Positions 25,201-35,636 of a DNA stretch of 64,000 nt are shown here, one piece after another. The notes beneath the pieces are model-generated. The model did not search any database, was not told where the DNA came from, and saw only the letters and a program-made list of their open reading frames with translations. Origin of the DNA: Naegleria gruberi (taxonomy: Eukaryota); the NCBI GenBank assembly GCA_000004985.1, contig GG738851.1. One strand, given 5' to 3'. Positions within the stretch are counted from its first letter, which is position 1, and every line of letters begins with the position of its first letter. The position numbers were made by a program, and so were the translations under genes.

Positions 25201-27281
25201 TAATTCCTGGCTTCCAAAATCTTGAAAAGCATGTTGAAGACAATTTTGAAGAATGGAAAGTCTTCTTTGAAGATGGAAATCATATTCCAACATGTTATCC
25301 TAAATCTGAAAATGAAATTCAAAACTCGTTTAGAGAAATGATGTTATTCAAGATATTCAAACCTGATCATTTAGTTAACCAAATGGAGAGATTTATTGGA
25401 TCTGTTTTTGGAAATGATTTCTTACATGGAAGGGAAACAAGTATCGATACTATTGTTGATAAGGAAGTTGATTGTTTTACTCCTTTAATATTGGCATCAG
25501 TACCTGGTCATGATGCATCAGTGTACATTGATGATTTGGTTAAAACAAATCAAAAGACTTGCTCTTCTGTTGCCATGGGTTCATCTGAATCATATGACCA
25601 GGCCGACAAAGCCATCAATATTGCTATCAAATCAGGATCATGGGTATTATTGAAGAATGTACATCTTTCACCTAAATATCTCTACAAACTTGAAAAAAAG
25701 CTACATTCTTTGAAATGCGATAATAGTATTAACAAGTCATTCAGATTGTTCTTGAGCAATGAGATTCATCCAAATATCAATCTTAATCTTCTCAGAATGT
25801 CATATACACTTGTATTTGAACCAGCCACTGGTATTAAGAGCTGTCTTACACAAACATTCTGCAACCTTTCCAAGGTACGTGTTGAAAAGCCACCAGTTGA
25901 AAGAACCAGACTCTATTTATTGGTGTCATGGCTTCATGCAGTTCTTCAGGAACGTTTACGTTATCCTCCTATTGGTTGGAGTAAGAAGTATGAATTTAAT
26001 CACACAGATTTGAAATCAGCATACGACACCATAGACAAGTGGGTTGATTTGTACTCTGAAGGTCAAACAAACACCAAACCAGAGGCATTACCATGGAAAG
26101 CCCTTCATTCTTTACTTGGAGAATCAATTTATGGTGGAAAGATAGACAATGAATTTGATATGGTTATTTTGAAGTCACTATTGGATGAATTAATGACTCC
26201 TGAAAGCTATAATCTTACATTTACATTACCAGGTATTGATTCAACATTCACAGGAAACAAGTTTGAGAACTTCCAATCATGGATCGAATCACTTCCAAAT
26301 CAACAACCACAATGGCTCGGCTTGCCAACAAATATTAATGAGTTAGTTAATATTAACAAGGCAAACTTGACAATCAGCCAAACTAACAAAATTAAGGATT
26401 TATCACATGATAATACAATTGAAGATCTTAAATCCATGCTGGCTAACACAACCCATGAAAAGATTAGTAATATTGAAGGAATGGAATCTACTATCAACGA
26501 ATGGACAGACATGCTTCCAACTAATTTCGAGTTCGAAATGAAGGAATCAAGTCAACTTGTTCAAGAAAACATTCCTGTATTCAAATTCTTCCAAAGAGAA
26601 TTGAAGACCATTGCATCAGTGCTTGCATTAGTTAAAACAGATTTATTGAATTTGACCAATATCAACAATGGAGAAGCCAAATATACCAACTACTATAGAC
26701 ACCTGATAGATAAATTGTCAAAAGGAAATGTTCCAAAGTCTTGGGGCCATAGCTATCCTTTCCTTGAAAATATTACTGTAAATATGTGGATTTTGGACCT
26801 TGTTAAGAGATTAGACCACCTTTTAGAAGTCAAGACCAATATTGAAAAGTTTGGACGCTTTTCCAATAACAATGAATCGATTTGGTTTGGAGGATTACTG
26901 TCACCTGAGGCATTCTTAACTGCAACCCGTGAAGAAACATCTAACATGCAAAAGATTCCACTTGAGAAGCTACAACTTTGCTTTGTTGATAGAAATCACC
27001 AAAACTCATTCACATTAGAAGGTTTATCAATTCAAAGTGCCAAGTTTATTGATGGTAGAGTATGCATTGGAAAAGAATTGAATTCAATCATTACTCCAAT
27101 TTCTCTTGCATGGGTTAGCTCTGAAATGTTAACTGAAGACATTTCTTCTATCAAAATACCTGTATATCAAAACTCTGCAAGAAAAAAGATCATTTGCTCT
27201 CTTTCTGTCAAGTATGATGAAGAAAATATCTCCAAGAATATAATCTATCAACGTGGTGTAGCTATTTTGGCAAAGGAATAA
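13238..27281 (+). CDS. dhcA: Cytoplasmic dynein 1 heavy chain, about 4649 aa: join(13238..13499,13545..14064,14114..27281)
   Basis: The 13.2-kb single exon encodes four P-loops: AAA1 GPAGTGKTETVKALG, AAA2 GPAASGKSSCWKIL, AAA3 GPPGSGKSMIMTSV and AAA4 GESGSGKTTLSRFVA. It also encodes the stalk coiled coils with an MTBD and the AAA5/6 region. Two 5' mini-exons were found by splice logic. ORF 13565..14068 ends in GA|GTAAGT, and an AG acceptor at 14113 restores the frame (..TQKAEEMNIQS..). ORF 13238..13504 ends with its TAG inside G|GTTAGT, and acceptor AG at 13543-44 gives ..SNSNVKYDYYCMLEM... The total length matches D. discoideum DhcA (4730 aa). Confidence 0.85.
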
Positions 27282-27324
27282 AGTTTAATCCTTACAATGT
27301 ATCCTTGTATTGCCCAGTTGTTGT

Positions 27325-28134
27325 CTACTCCAATTCACTTTCAAAATTAATCTTTTTCCTGTTTGCTATTGGCACTTTGATGAAGTTTAAAGAACCATGC
27401 CATTGTTTTGTAAATTGTTGTACTCTTTCTTCCATAGTTTTTTTCTTTTTCAATCTCAAGTTTTTTGATAATATTGAGGATAATTTAGTTAGAAATTTAA
27501 ATTCAGATTCATTAAACTCGCTTCTATATCGTTTAAGATGCTTTTCAGTTATTTCATCTTCAGATTCCATAACTTTCTCAACAAGCTTTCTCAAAACTTG
27601 TCCAATAAAATCAAAATCCATAAACTCTATTTGTTTTTTTACAATTGGTTTGTTTGAATGATATTCCAATGTATTTACATTCCTTGTATTTTTACACATT
27701 CTATGATAATAATTTACAATAAATCTCATATAATTTACAGCTGGTTCTATTTCCATTTTGTAAGAAACAGATCCAAATAATTTAATTAAATTCTCTTCAA
27801 ATCTACACCAAAATTCCTCAATAAATGGAAAGTGAAATAACAAATCAAATAATAATAAGCTATTCTCTGAATATTTGTATTTAATTGTAAAGCAAATATC
27901 CACGTTCGTGATCCTATATCTCTTCAAATAAGGTTCAATTACCAATTTATAAATAGTGATTTCATCCTTTTTTTCACTATTTACGTACTCCCTAATAAAA
28001 TCAAAAGTTTCATGTAGGATTTTTAATAAATTTTTCTTTATCAATTCCAATCTCCAACTCTCCATCTTTCTATCAGCAATCAATGATGTACTTTTTCCCT
28101 CATCATCACAACCATCATCATTCCGATTCATCAT
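27325..28134 (-). CDS. Hypothetical protein (269 aa)
   Basis: A clean ORF convergent with dynein; the two stops are only 43 bp apart. It has a D/E-rich N-terminus and no recognised domain. Confidence 0.5.
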   Translation of the reverse strand: MMNRNDDGCDDEGKSTSLIADRKMESWRLELIKKNLLKILHETFDFIREYVNSEKKDEITIYKLVIEPYLKRYRITNVDICFTIKYKYSENSLLLFDLLFHFPFIEEFWCRFEENLIKLFGSVSYKMEIEPAVNYMRFIVNYYHRMCKNTRNVNTLEYHSNKPIVKKQIEFMDFDFIGQVLRKLVEKVMESEDEITEKHLKRYRSEFNESEFKFLTKLSSILSKNLRLKKKKTMEERVQQFTKQWHGSLNFIKVPIANRKKINFESELE

Positions 28135-28297
28135 TTTTGCATTTTCTTTTTAAATTTTTATTAATTAATCCAACAAGAATAATATAAACATCTTCTAATA
28201 TTTCTAAACTGATAATATCACAGCAATATTCCCTTGTTGCTTCTTTTTAACTAAACGCACTCCTTATTGTTGATGAAGAATAAATTCAATCAAAAAA

Positions 28298-30136
28298 ATG
28301 AAGAAAATTCTCAACAGTAGCAGCAGAACATTATCCTCTACACAATTGTTAACAACATTGAGAGTTGGTTCAAATCTCCTTCAAAAATCATCATCACATT
28401 GCTATTATTCAACATCTTCTACTACTATTGATACAAAGTATGCTGATAAAAAATGGTTGAATGGACCTGGATTGGAACATTTCATATCATCATCATCATC
28501 AACTGATGTTAATAACAATAATTGTGAATCATCATCACCAGAATCTAATAATAATATTACTATTGAAAATGTTACTACTAGTAATAATAATGAAAATAAG
28601 AAGGGTGTTTTTATAGAAACCTATGGATGTCAAATGAATGTTTCCGATACACAAATTATTTTAAGTATTTTGGATAAGAATGGATATAAATTAGTTGATA
28701 GTGATAAAGAAGCATCTGTTATTTTATTAAATACTTGTGCTGTACGTGAAAATGCAGAAAACAAAATTTGGATTCGTCTCAATGAATTAAAAAAGAAGAG
28801 ACATGAAAATAAGCATTTACATAATTTCAATCCTGAAGAATATCCTGTTAGTGGAGTTCAAATTGGTGTTTTAGGATGTATGGCAGAAAGATTAAAGACT
28901 AAATTGATTGAAACTAATATGGTTGATGTAGTTGTTGGACCAGATCAATATAGAGATTTACCAAATTTATTGAAAAAGAATGAAGAATCTGAAATGTTAC
29001 AAAGATCATTGGATGATAATGTTGAAGGTAGACAAGCTCAATTAAATGTCATGTTATCAATGGATGAAACTTATGCTGATATTGAACCTGTACGTGTTGG
29101 TGATACTGGTAAATCTGCATTTGTTTCAATTATGAGAGGTTGTGATAATATGTGTTCATATTGTATTGTTCCATTTACAAGAGGAAGAGAAAGATCGAGA
29201 GATATTACAAGTATTTTGAATGAAATTAGACAATTATCAAAGAATGGTATTAAGGAAGTTACCTTGTTAGGTCAAAATGTAAATTCATACAGAGATACAT
29301 CTGATAGTATATATCAAGAAAAATATAAGAATGAAGGAAAGGAAATTGAAACAACTGATGGTTTTAAAACAATTTACAAACCAAAAATTGGTGGTCTCAC
29401 ATTTACTGAACTTTTATATGAAGTTTCACAAATTGATAAGGAAATGAGAATTCGTTACACTTCTCCTCATCCAAAAGATTATCCAGATTCACTTATTGAA
29501 CTTATTAGAGAAACTCCAAATATTTGTAATCAAATTCACTTACCTGCTCAAAGTGGTTCAACAAATATGTTAGACAGAATGAGAAGAGGATACACTGCCG
29601 AATCATATATTGCTCTGGTTGATAGAATTAAGAATAGAATTCCAAATGTTGCATTGAGTTCAGATTTTATTGCTGGATTCTGTTCTGAAACTGAACAAGA
29701 TCATCAAGATACTCTCAAATTATTGAATCATGTGAAATATGATCAAGCTTATTTATTTGCCTATTCACTTCGTGAAAAGACTCATGCTCATAGAAATTAT
29801 GAAGATGATGTTCCAGCTGATGTGAAGAATCGTCGTTTGAATGAATTAGTTCAAACCTATCGTGAAAATTTAGCCATTCAATATGAAAAGGAAGTTGGTA
29901 CTTTACAATGTGTTTTAATTGATTCAGATTCAAAGAGAGATCCACAAAATTATTGGGTTGGAAGAACTGATAATAATAAGAGAGTTGTCATTCCAAAGAG
30001 TAAGGGTAATTTCAATGTTGGAGATTATATTGCTTGTACTATTCAATCATGGAGTGGTCAAACTCTTTTCTGTAATCTTGATGCTCCAATTGAAAAGGTT
30101 ACTTTACAAGATTTTTACAAAAATGTTCAATTTTAA
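28298..30136 (+). CDS. MiaB-family radical-SAM tRNA methylthiotransferase (CDK5RAP1-like, probably mitochondrial)
   Basis: The MTTase N-domain reads FIETYGCQMNVSDTQ. The radical-SAM cluster is CDNMCSYCIVP (CxxxCxxC). A TRAM-like C-terminus follows. The N-terminus has a presequence-like S/T-rich leader and a poly-N/S insert. Confidence 0.85.
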   Translation: MKKILNSSSRTLSSTQLLTTLRVGSNLLQKSSSHCYYSTSSTTIDTKYADKKWLNGPGLEHFISSSSSTDVNNNNCESSSPESNNNITIENVTTSNNNENKKGVFIETYGCQMNVSDTQIILSILDKNGYKLVDSDKEASVILLNTCAVRENAENKIWIRLNELKKKRHENKHLHNFNPEEYPVSGVQIGVLGCMAERLKTKLIETNMVDVVVGPDQYRDLPNLLKKNEESEMLQRSLDDNVEGRQAQLNVMLSMDETYADIEPVRVGDTGKSAFVSIMRGCDNMCSYCIVPFTRGRERSRDITSILNEIRQLSKNGIKEVTLLGQNVNSYRDTSDSIYQEKYKNEGKEIETTDGFKTIYKPKIGGLTFTELLYEVSQIDKEMRIRYTSPHPKDYPDSLIELIRETPNICNQIHLPAQSGSTNMLDRMRRGYTAESYIALVDRIKNRIPNVALSSDFIAGFCSETEQDHQDTLKLLNHVKYDQAYLFAYSLREKTHAHRNYEDDVPADVKNRRLNELVQTYRENLAIQYEKEVGTLQCVLIDSDSKRDPQNYWVGRTDNNKRVVIPKSKGNFNVGDYIACTIQSWSGQTLFCNLDAPIEKVTLQDFYKNVQF

Positions 30137-30532
30137 ATTATTAAAACTCAGATAATTATTATTATAACCTTTTTTTAAAAGATTGAATCCACTTTACACA
30201 TGTAATATTCCTTCCTCCTAAAAAGACCAAAAATTAATTTACAGTAAACCAACATACAAAACATACAAAAGAAAAGGTTCAATCTAGCATATAACTTTGT
30301 AATCCACAATTAATCTTTTCGTTATCCTCCTCAATTTAATTGCCAACACGTTCTCAAACCCGTTGTCATCATTTCCCAATATTCAATTTGAATCTTTTTA
30401 GCGCATGAAGAAGCGGAAGAAGATCAAAATGTTTTTTGTCTACTACAACAAGCTTGTTGATGCGAGGCTTTAAAAATTTTAAATAATAATTTTTTTATTA
30501 ACTGAAAAAAATACACAAACAATAATACAAAG

Positions 30533-31469
30533 ATGCCAAGAGAAGACGAACAATACTCTGACGAAGAAAGAGATCAACAAGAACAAATCCAAGAAGAAGA
30601 CAATGGATTGAAGAGAAAGAGAGAAGACGATAACCAAGAAGATGCTAAGAAACAAAAGTATGATTATGATGCTAGAGCTGCTTACACTGTTATGCTCAGA
30701 AATCTTTCATACAATACTAGTGATGATAGCATTAAAGAAAAGCTCTCCAAGTATGGTTCTATTGTCAGAGTTAACATCCCAACCGATGAACGTGGTAGAT
30801 CGAGAGGTTACGGTTTCGTTGAATTCGACGAAGTTGAAGCTGCTCAAAAGGTTGTTGATTTGAAGGCTATGGAAATGGACGGTAGAGAAGTTCAATTGCA
30901 ACAATCCAAGGCTAGAGATGAATTCTCTGGTAGAACCACTCAAGTCTTTGTTGGTAACTTGCCTGAATCCGCTGAAGAACAAGATATTCGTGAATTGTTC
31001 GAAACCTGTGGTGAAATTGAAGAAGTCAGAATGCCAAAGGATAAGGATACTGGTATGTTTTTTATTAGTAATTTTATAATCTTATACAATGATAACAATA
31101 GAAAAGAAGAAGGGTTTCGCTTTTGTTCAATTCAGAGATTCATCATCTGTTAAAGCAGCCTTGGAAAAGGACGGTAGTGAATTCAAGGGAGTTAGCATTA
31201 GAGTTAATGAAGAAAAGTCCACTAGAAACAAGCAAAGAAGAGATAGATTCGATGATAGACGTGGTGGCCGTGGTGGTGGTGGTGATAGACGTGGTGGAAG
31301 AGGTGGTAACAGAAGATATGATGATAGAAGAGGTGGTGGTGATAGATATGAAAGAAGAGATGATAGAAGATCTTATGATGACAGAAGAGGTGGTGATGAT
31401 AGACGTGGTGGTGGTGGTAGATATGAAGACAGAAGAGGTGGAAGAGGTGATAGATATGAAAGAAGATAA
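30533..31469 (+). CDS. RNA-binding protein with two RRMs and a C-terminal RGG/RG repeat tail: join(30533..31052,31102..31469)
   Basis: RRM1 shows RGYGFVEF. Exon 1 ends KDKDT G|GTATGT. Exon 2 gives EKKKGFAFVQF, the RNP1 motif of RRM2. The tail then reads DRRGGRGGGGDRRGGRGGNRRYDDRRGGGDRYERR... The splice phases fit (1). Confidence 0.8.
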
Positions 31470-32098
31470 TTCTTTAAATTTGTTTCCAAATTAACACGTG
31501 TCCGTGTATTCTCCTAAAGTTTCATGTTCCTTATGTTTCCTTTACTCTCTCTTATAGTGTCGTTCCTGAGCTGCTCTCGCTGCTTCCAAATAAATCGTGC
31601 AAGAGAGACATCCACTCCCAACACTCCTGGTTGTGAATTGTCCCCCAACAAACACATTGGCTTGCAACTATCTCTGCACATACACTGATAGTACTCACTC
31701 CAACAACACACTGAAAAACATAATGCACTCCTCCACTCAACGATGGATAAGCTGCAATGATGCCATCCGATACTCAACAATACACACTCAAAATTTGATA
31801 GTTCACCAATGATGATCCTATCAATAAAATAGAGTTGTAAACAAAACAAATTGTTGAATTGAGGAAAGTACAATGTTGGCTTAATGAGCAATCTATTTAC
31901 AAGTTGAATAGATCTATTTCTGGAAGGTTCCTTAACAAGTTCTTCCAAGCAATAGTATTAATTCAGAAATGATCAAAAAAATCGATTTTATCCATTTGCT
32001 TCCAACTTCTATTTAAGGTGATATAGTTGATAAGTATTATGTTATCAATTTAAAAACAATTTCATATTCAGTACCAATACCGATCAAGTAACAAAAAA

Positions 32099-33376
32099 AT
32101 GAAAGTCAACCAATCTCTACTGGTGAAAGCAAGTATTTTACTTGTCTTGTCACTCTCATTCATTCATGCACAGTGGGGAATTCCATTTGGAAGTGGTTTT
32201 GGAGGTTTTCCTGGTGGTCAACAACCATATGGAGGTTTTGGAGGTAATCCATTTTCAACTGGTGGTCAACAACCATATGGTGGTTTAGGTGGTTTAGGTG
32301 GATTAGGTTCAACAGGTAGTCCATTCTCTTTCGATCAACCTTATTCATCACCTTTTGGAAGTAATATTGGTCAAAATTATCCAAACTATGGTGGTTATGG
32401 TCAAAATCCTTATCAAAACCAAAATTATCCAAATTATGGTGGTTATGGTCAAAATCAACCAAATAACAACAATAATAATCAAAATAATATGAAATTGAGA
32501 TTTGCTGGTCAAGTTTATGGTTACAACCCATTCTATTATGTTGCAAATTTGGTTGCTGTTGATTTAGAATACATTTCACACTTTGCTACTGCTTTAACTA
32601 ATACTGGTTATCAAGGATATAATCCATTCTATGATCCAATTAATGGAATGAACATGATTGGTAATCAAAATCAACAACAACAACAACAACAACAAAAACA
32701 AAATCAACCAGCAACAGCCACAACAACTAATCCTTCCTCAACAACAACAACAACAGGTGGTGGTTCTTCTAATACAGGTGGTTCAAGTCAAGCTGATACT
32801 CAAAAAGCCAATCAAGAAGCTCTTGCTTTGGTCTTTGCTAAGGAAGCTCAAATTCACGTTTCACACTTGGTTAAACAACAAGATTCATATGGTCCTAAGG
32901 GTGTTGGTTCTGTCACAACTCAATTGGTTGATTCTGCTGATAAATTGGTTACTGCTGCCAATGCTAAGAAATGGAATGATTACCAACAAGAATATAACAA
33001 TTTGAATAGTGGTTTGAATAAGATTTCATACTATGGAATGCAACAAAATGTTCCTTCATATAATCAAATTCCATCTTCATTCCAACCACCAAATTGGCCA
33101 AATCAAAACCAACAACAAGGTGCTGCTGGTTCAGATGCAAACTCTGGTAATGTAAAGGGATCATCATTCTTCCCATTTTTAGGTAACAATGGTCAATTCA
33201 CAATGCCACAAGCTCCTCAAGCTCCAACAGTTCCAGAAATTCCACAACAATTCGCCAACATGCAACAACAAGTTCCAAAACAATTTTCATTCCCTGACAT
33301 GCCTCAAATGCCTCAAATTCCTCAAATGCAACAAATTCCACAAGTTGTTAATCAACAACAACAAAAGACATACTAA
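32099..33376 (+). CDS. Secreted low-complexity protein, G/Q/N/P/Y-rich and prion-like, with an N-terminal signal peptide
   Basis: Signal peptide: MKVNQSLLVKASILLVLSLSFIHAQ. Repeats follow: GGFPGGQQPYGGFGG, NYPNYGGYGQN (x2), poly-Q, T-rich linkers and MPQMPQIPQMQQIPQ. The ORF is uninterrupted. Confidence 0.65.
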   Translation: MKVNQSLLVKASILLVLSLSFIHAQWGIPFGSGFGGFPGGQQPYGGFGGNPFSTGGQQPYGGLGGLGGLGSTGSPFSFDQPYSSPFGSNIGQNYPNYGGYGQNPYQNQNYPNYGGYGQNQPNNNNNNQNNMKLRFAGQVYGYNPFYYVANLVAVDLEYISHFATALTNTGYQGYNPFYDPINGMNMIGNQNQQQQQQQQKQNQPATATTTNPSSTTTTTGGGSSNTGGSSQADTQKANQEALALVFAKEAQIHVSHLVKQQDSYGPKGVGSVTTQLVDSADKLVTAANAKKWNDYQQEYNNLNSGLNKISYYGMQQNVPSYNQIPSSFQPPNWPNQNQQQGAAGSDANSGNVKGSSFFPFLGNNGQFTMPQAPQAPTVPEIPQQFANMQQQVPKQFSFPDMPQMPQIPQMQQIPQVVNQQQQKTY

Positions 33377-33411
33377 GTAGAAGGCATATAGTGTTTTATT
33401 TTGTAAATAAA

Positions 33412-33936
33412 TTATTGTTTTAATTTTTCATTCAAGAATTCCTTAATTTCATCAACTTTCCAATGACTCACCAAGTGAGATTCTTCACTTCCATCCTTTC
33501 TCTTCATAGTTAAAGTTGGCATAATAGCTTGTCTTTGAGCAGTATTTAAATGATTGAATTTCTTAACATCATTATTGATAAAGCCTTCAATTTCTGGGAA
33601 TGATCTTATATTACAATAACAGAAATACAAAGTTCCACTAACAAATTCCTTTTCATCACTAGATTGAGAATTTAGAGAATTATCTGTAGAAATTGATTCT
33701 TGACAACATTGATTGCAATTTTCAATAATTGATTTTTCGCTCATAAATAAAGAAAATTCCTTGCAAGTAGAACAAGCTAATTCCGATGATTTATATCCTA
33801 GATTTTCACATTCTTGAGCACTTAATTTTTGTTGATGAGATAAAGTAATACAGAATGCCATCATTACGACCATCATCATCATCATGACGATCATTGAAAG
33901 AAGGCTTGTTTGCTTCCGATAGGAATTTAAAATCAT
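33412..33936 (-). CDS. Sep15/SELENOF-family protein (15-kDa selenoprotein homolog) with Cys at the Sec position
   Basis: Signal peptide: MIVMMMMMVVMMAFCITLS. The Cys-rich UGGT-binding domain is SAQECENLGYKSSELACSTCKEFSLF...CNQCCQE. The thioredoxin-like C-terminus reads LYFCYCNIRSFPEIEGFI...HWKVDEIKEFLNEKLKQ. This aligns with human LEVCGUKLGRFPQVQAFV...KWNTDSVEEFLSEKLERI. Confidence 0.7.
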   Translation of the reverse strand: MILNSYRKQTSLLSMIVMMMMMVVMMAFCITLSHQQKLSAQECENLGYKSSELACSTCKEFSLFMSEKSIIENCNQCCQESISTDNSLNSQSSDEKEFVSGTLYFCYCNIRSFPEIEGFINNDVKKFNHLNTAQRQAIMPTLTMKRKDGSEESHLVSHWKVDEIKEFLNEKLKQ

Positions 33937-34150
33937 TTTTTTTTTAAAATTTTAAACAAACCCTACATTTTTTTTTAAAATTTAATAAAAATTACAAAAA
34001 TTCTGCCTTTAATTTCGTAATTACTTCTCTAATCCCTCCCATTAAATTTCATAATTATTGTAACATCAATTATGGTTGTAATGGATTTTGTACACTTTCA
34101 CATTAAGTTACAACAGAGAAGAATAATCCAATTGGTCAATTGGAATTGAC

Positions 34151-35347
34151 GTGTTTATGGATCACAAACAAATCAAAAAAAAAATGTTAGAATACGATTA
34201 TTCATCAGCAGTAGAAAATGGTGTTTTGAGATATCTTGAAATCAAATACCGTGATCATAAAGTAGCTCTATTGAACAGCAAGGGATCATATGGTAAAATA
34301 TATAAAATTACTAACACGAATGATCAAACAAAGATAAAGGCTTTAAAAGTAATGAGAGATGTTGACAATTTTGATATTCATCATTCTCTAGAAGAAGGTA
34401 CTAGAATGTTAAAATATTCACATTTAAATTGTAATATTGCAAAAGTATTTGATGTTTTTATTTTGTATCCTCAAGAGGCAGAACGTATTATGGGTTTAGA
34501 TGAAAGTGGTCAGCCACCATTTCAACACAAGCATCTATGTATTGAAATGGAATATTATGAGAATGGTTCTCTTGATTCTGTATTCAAGAGTAATCAAGAT
34601 CCAAGTAGGGATTCTAAACCCAAACTAACAAGTTCAATTTTGAAACAAATATTGAAACAAATTACTTTGGCTTTGAAGCACGTTCAAGAGTACGATCACA
34701 TCATTCACAATGATATTAAACCTGATAATATTCTAGTTGGTAATATAGAACAACAGGTTGATAATGATCAAATCATTGATATTCAAGTATATTTGAGTGA
34801 TTTTGGTTTAGCTATAACACCTAGTGAATCACCTGCATCAAACTACAATCTCAAAAAGCCATTCTATCCATATGAAGAAATACCATCTAAAAGTGCTGAT
34901 ATTTTTGCTTTATCAGTTAGTTTATATGACTTGACAACTAAACAATTAACAGCACAACAAGATAGAAGTCTCAGAAATGTACAATGTGATGATGAAACAA
35001 TTAGAATGAATTATCATAATGCTGGTATATCAGATGATCAATTAATTAATGTTTTAATATCAATGATGAATAAGGATGCATCGAAACGACCAACATGTGA
35101 TCAAATATTAGATGGCATTGGAGTTACCTATGAAAAAACATTGTTTGTAAAGAGATTTGAAGCTAAAACCAATTCAAAGAAAACCTCATGGCTCATTTAT
35201 TGTTTGATAGCTCTCTTGTTTTGCTTGGCAGCTTACTTCTGTTATCCATATTTGGAGGCAGGACTATTAAAACAGAAATCTAAAAACATGGATTTGGGTA
35301 AGGAGCTTATCCTAAATTCCATTGAAAGTCCAAAAGAAGATGTGTGA
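34151..35347 (+). CDS. Ser/Thr protein kinase with a C-terminal transmembrane anchor
   Basis: Glycine loop and VAIK-like region: GSYGKIYKI...IKALKV. Catalytic loop: HNDIKPDNILV. The DFG motif is LSDFGLA. The C-terminal hydrophobic helix is WLIYCLIALLFCLAAYFCYPYL. Confidence 0.8.
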   Translation: MFMDHKQIKKKMLEYDYSSAVENGVLRYLEIKYRDHKVALLNSKGSYGKIYKITNTNDQTKIKALKVMRDVDNFDIHHSLEEGTRMLKYSHLNCNIAKVFDVFILYPQEAERIMGLDESGQPPFQHKHLCIEMEYYENGSLDSVFKSNQDPSRDSKPKLTSSILKQILKQITLALKHVQEYDHIIHNDIKPDNILVGNIEQQVDNDQIIDIQVYLSDFGLAITPSESPASNYNLKKPFYPYEEIPSKSADIFALSVSLYDLTTKQLTAQQDRSLRNVQCDDETIRMNYHNAGISDDQLINVLISMMNKDASKRPTCDQILDGIGVTYEKTLFVKRFEAKTNSKKTSWLIYCLIALLFCLAAYFCYPYLEAGLLKQKSKNMDLGKELILNSIESPKEDV

Positions 35348-35636
35348 GAAAGGCACAGTTTTAAGAATAGAGAATGGAAATAATTTAGAACCAATTGTTA
35401 CCGAAAGTGGAGAACAACTTACAGGAATAGATAAAGAAATAGTTGACAAAGTTGCAATTGTGGTGGACAAAGGTAAAGATATAGTTGATGCTATTAATAA
35501 TGGTAAAAAAGAGGTTGAGAAAGCGGTGGACAAAGGTAAAGAAATAGTTGATGCTATTAAGAATGGTAAAAAAGAGGTTGAGAAAGTGGTGAATAAGGGT
35601 AAAAAAATAATTGAGGATTTATTTAAAAAACTTTGA
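35322..35636 (+). CDS. Small K/E-rich protein of about 3 tandem 22-aa repeats (doubtful). It overlaps the kinase 3' end in another frame
   Basis: VDKGK(D/E)IVDAI(N/K)NGKKEVEK(A/V) appears three times. Mirror ORFs on both strands are driven by a 66-nt DNA repeat at about 35450-35640. Confidence 0.3.
   Translation: MKVQKKMCEKGTVLRIENGNNLEPIVTESGEQLTGIDKEIVDKVAIVVDKGKDIVDAINNGKKEVEKAVDKGKEIVDAIKNGKKEVEKVVNKGKKIIEDLFKKL

Noticed and set aside
14189-27000. Numerous 60-120 aa ORFs antisense to or out of frame with the dynein exon
   Set aside because: They lie entirely inside a 13-kb coding exon with strong protein homology. This is the expected ORF background.
31514-31948. 144-aa minus-strand ORF in the C/T-rich block
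   Set aside because: The composition is Cys/Trp/His-rich and random-looking, and there is no motif. The ORF is simply the complement of a pyrimidine-rich non-coding tract. I treat it as non-coding.
33412-33936. Possible TGA-encoded selenocysteine in the Sep15 homolog
   Set aside because: The aligned position is a Cys codon and the frame has no internal TGA. I report it as the Cys form, as above.
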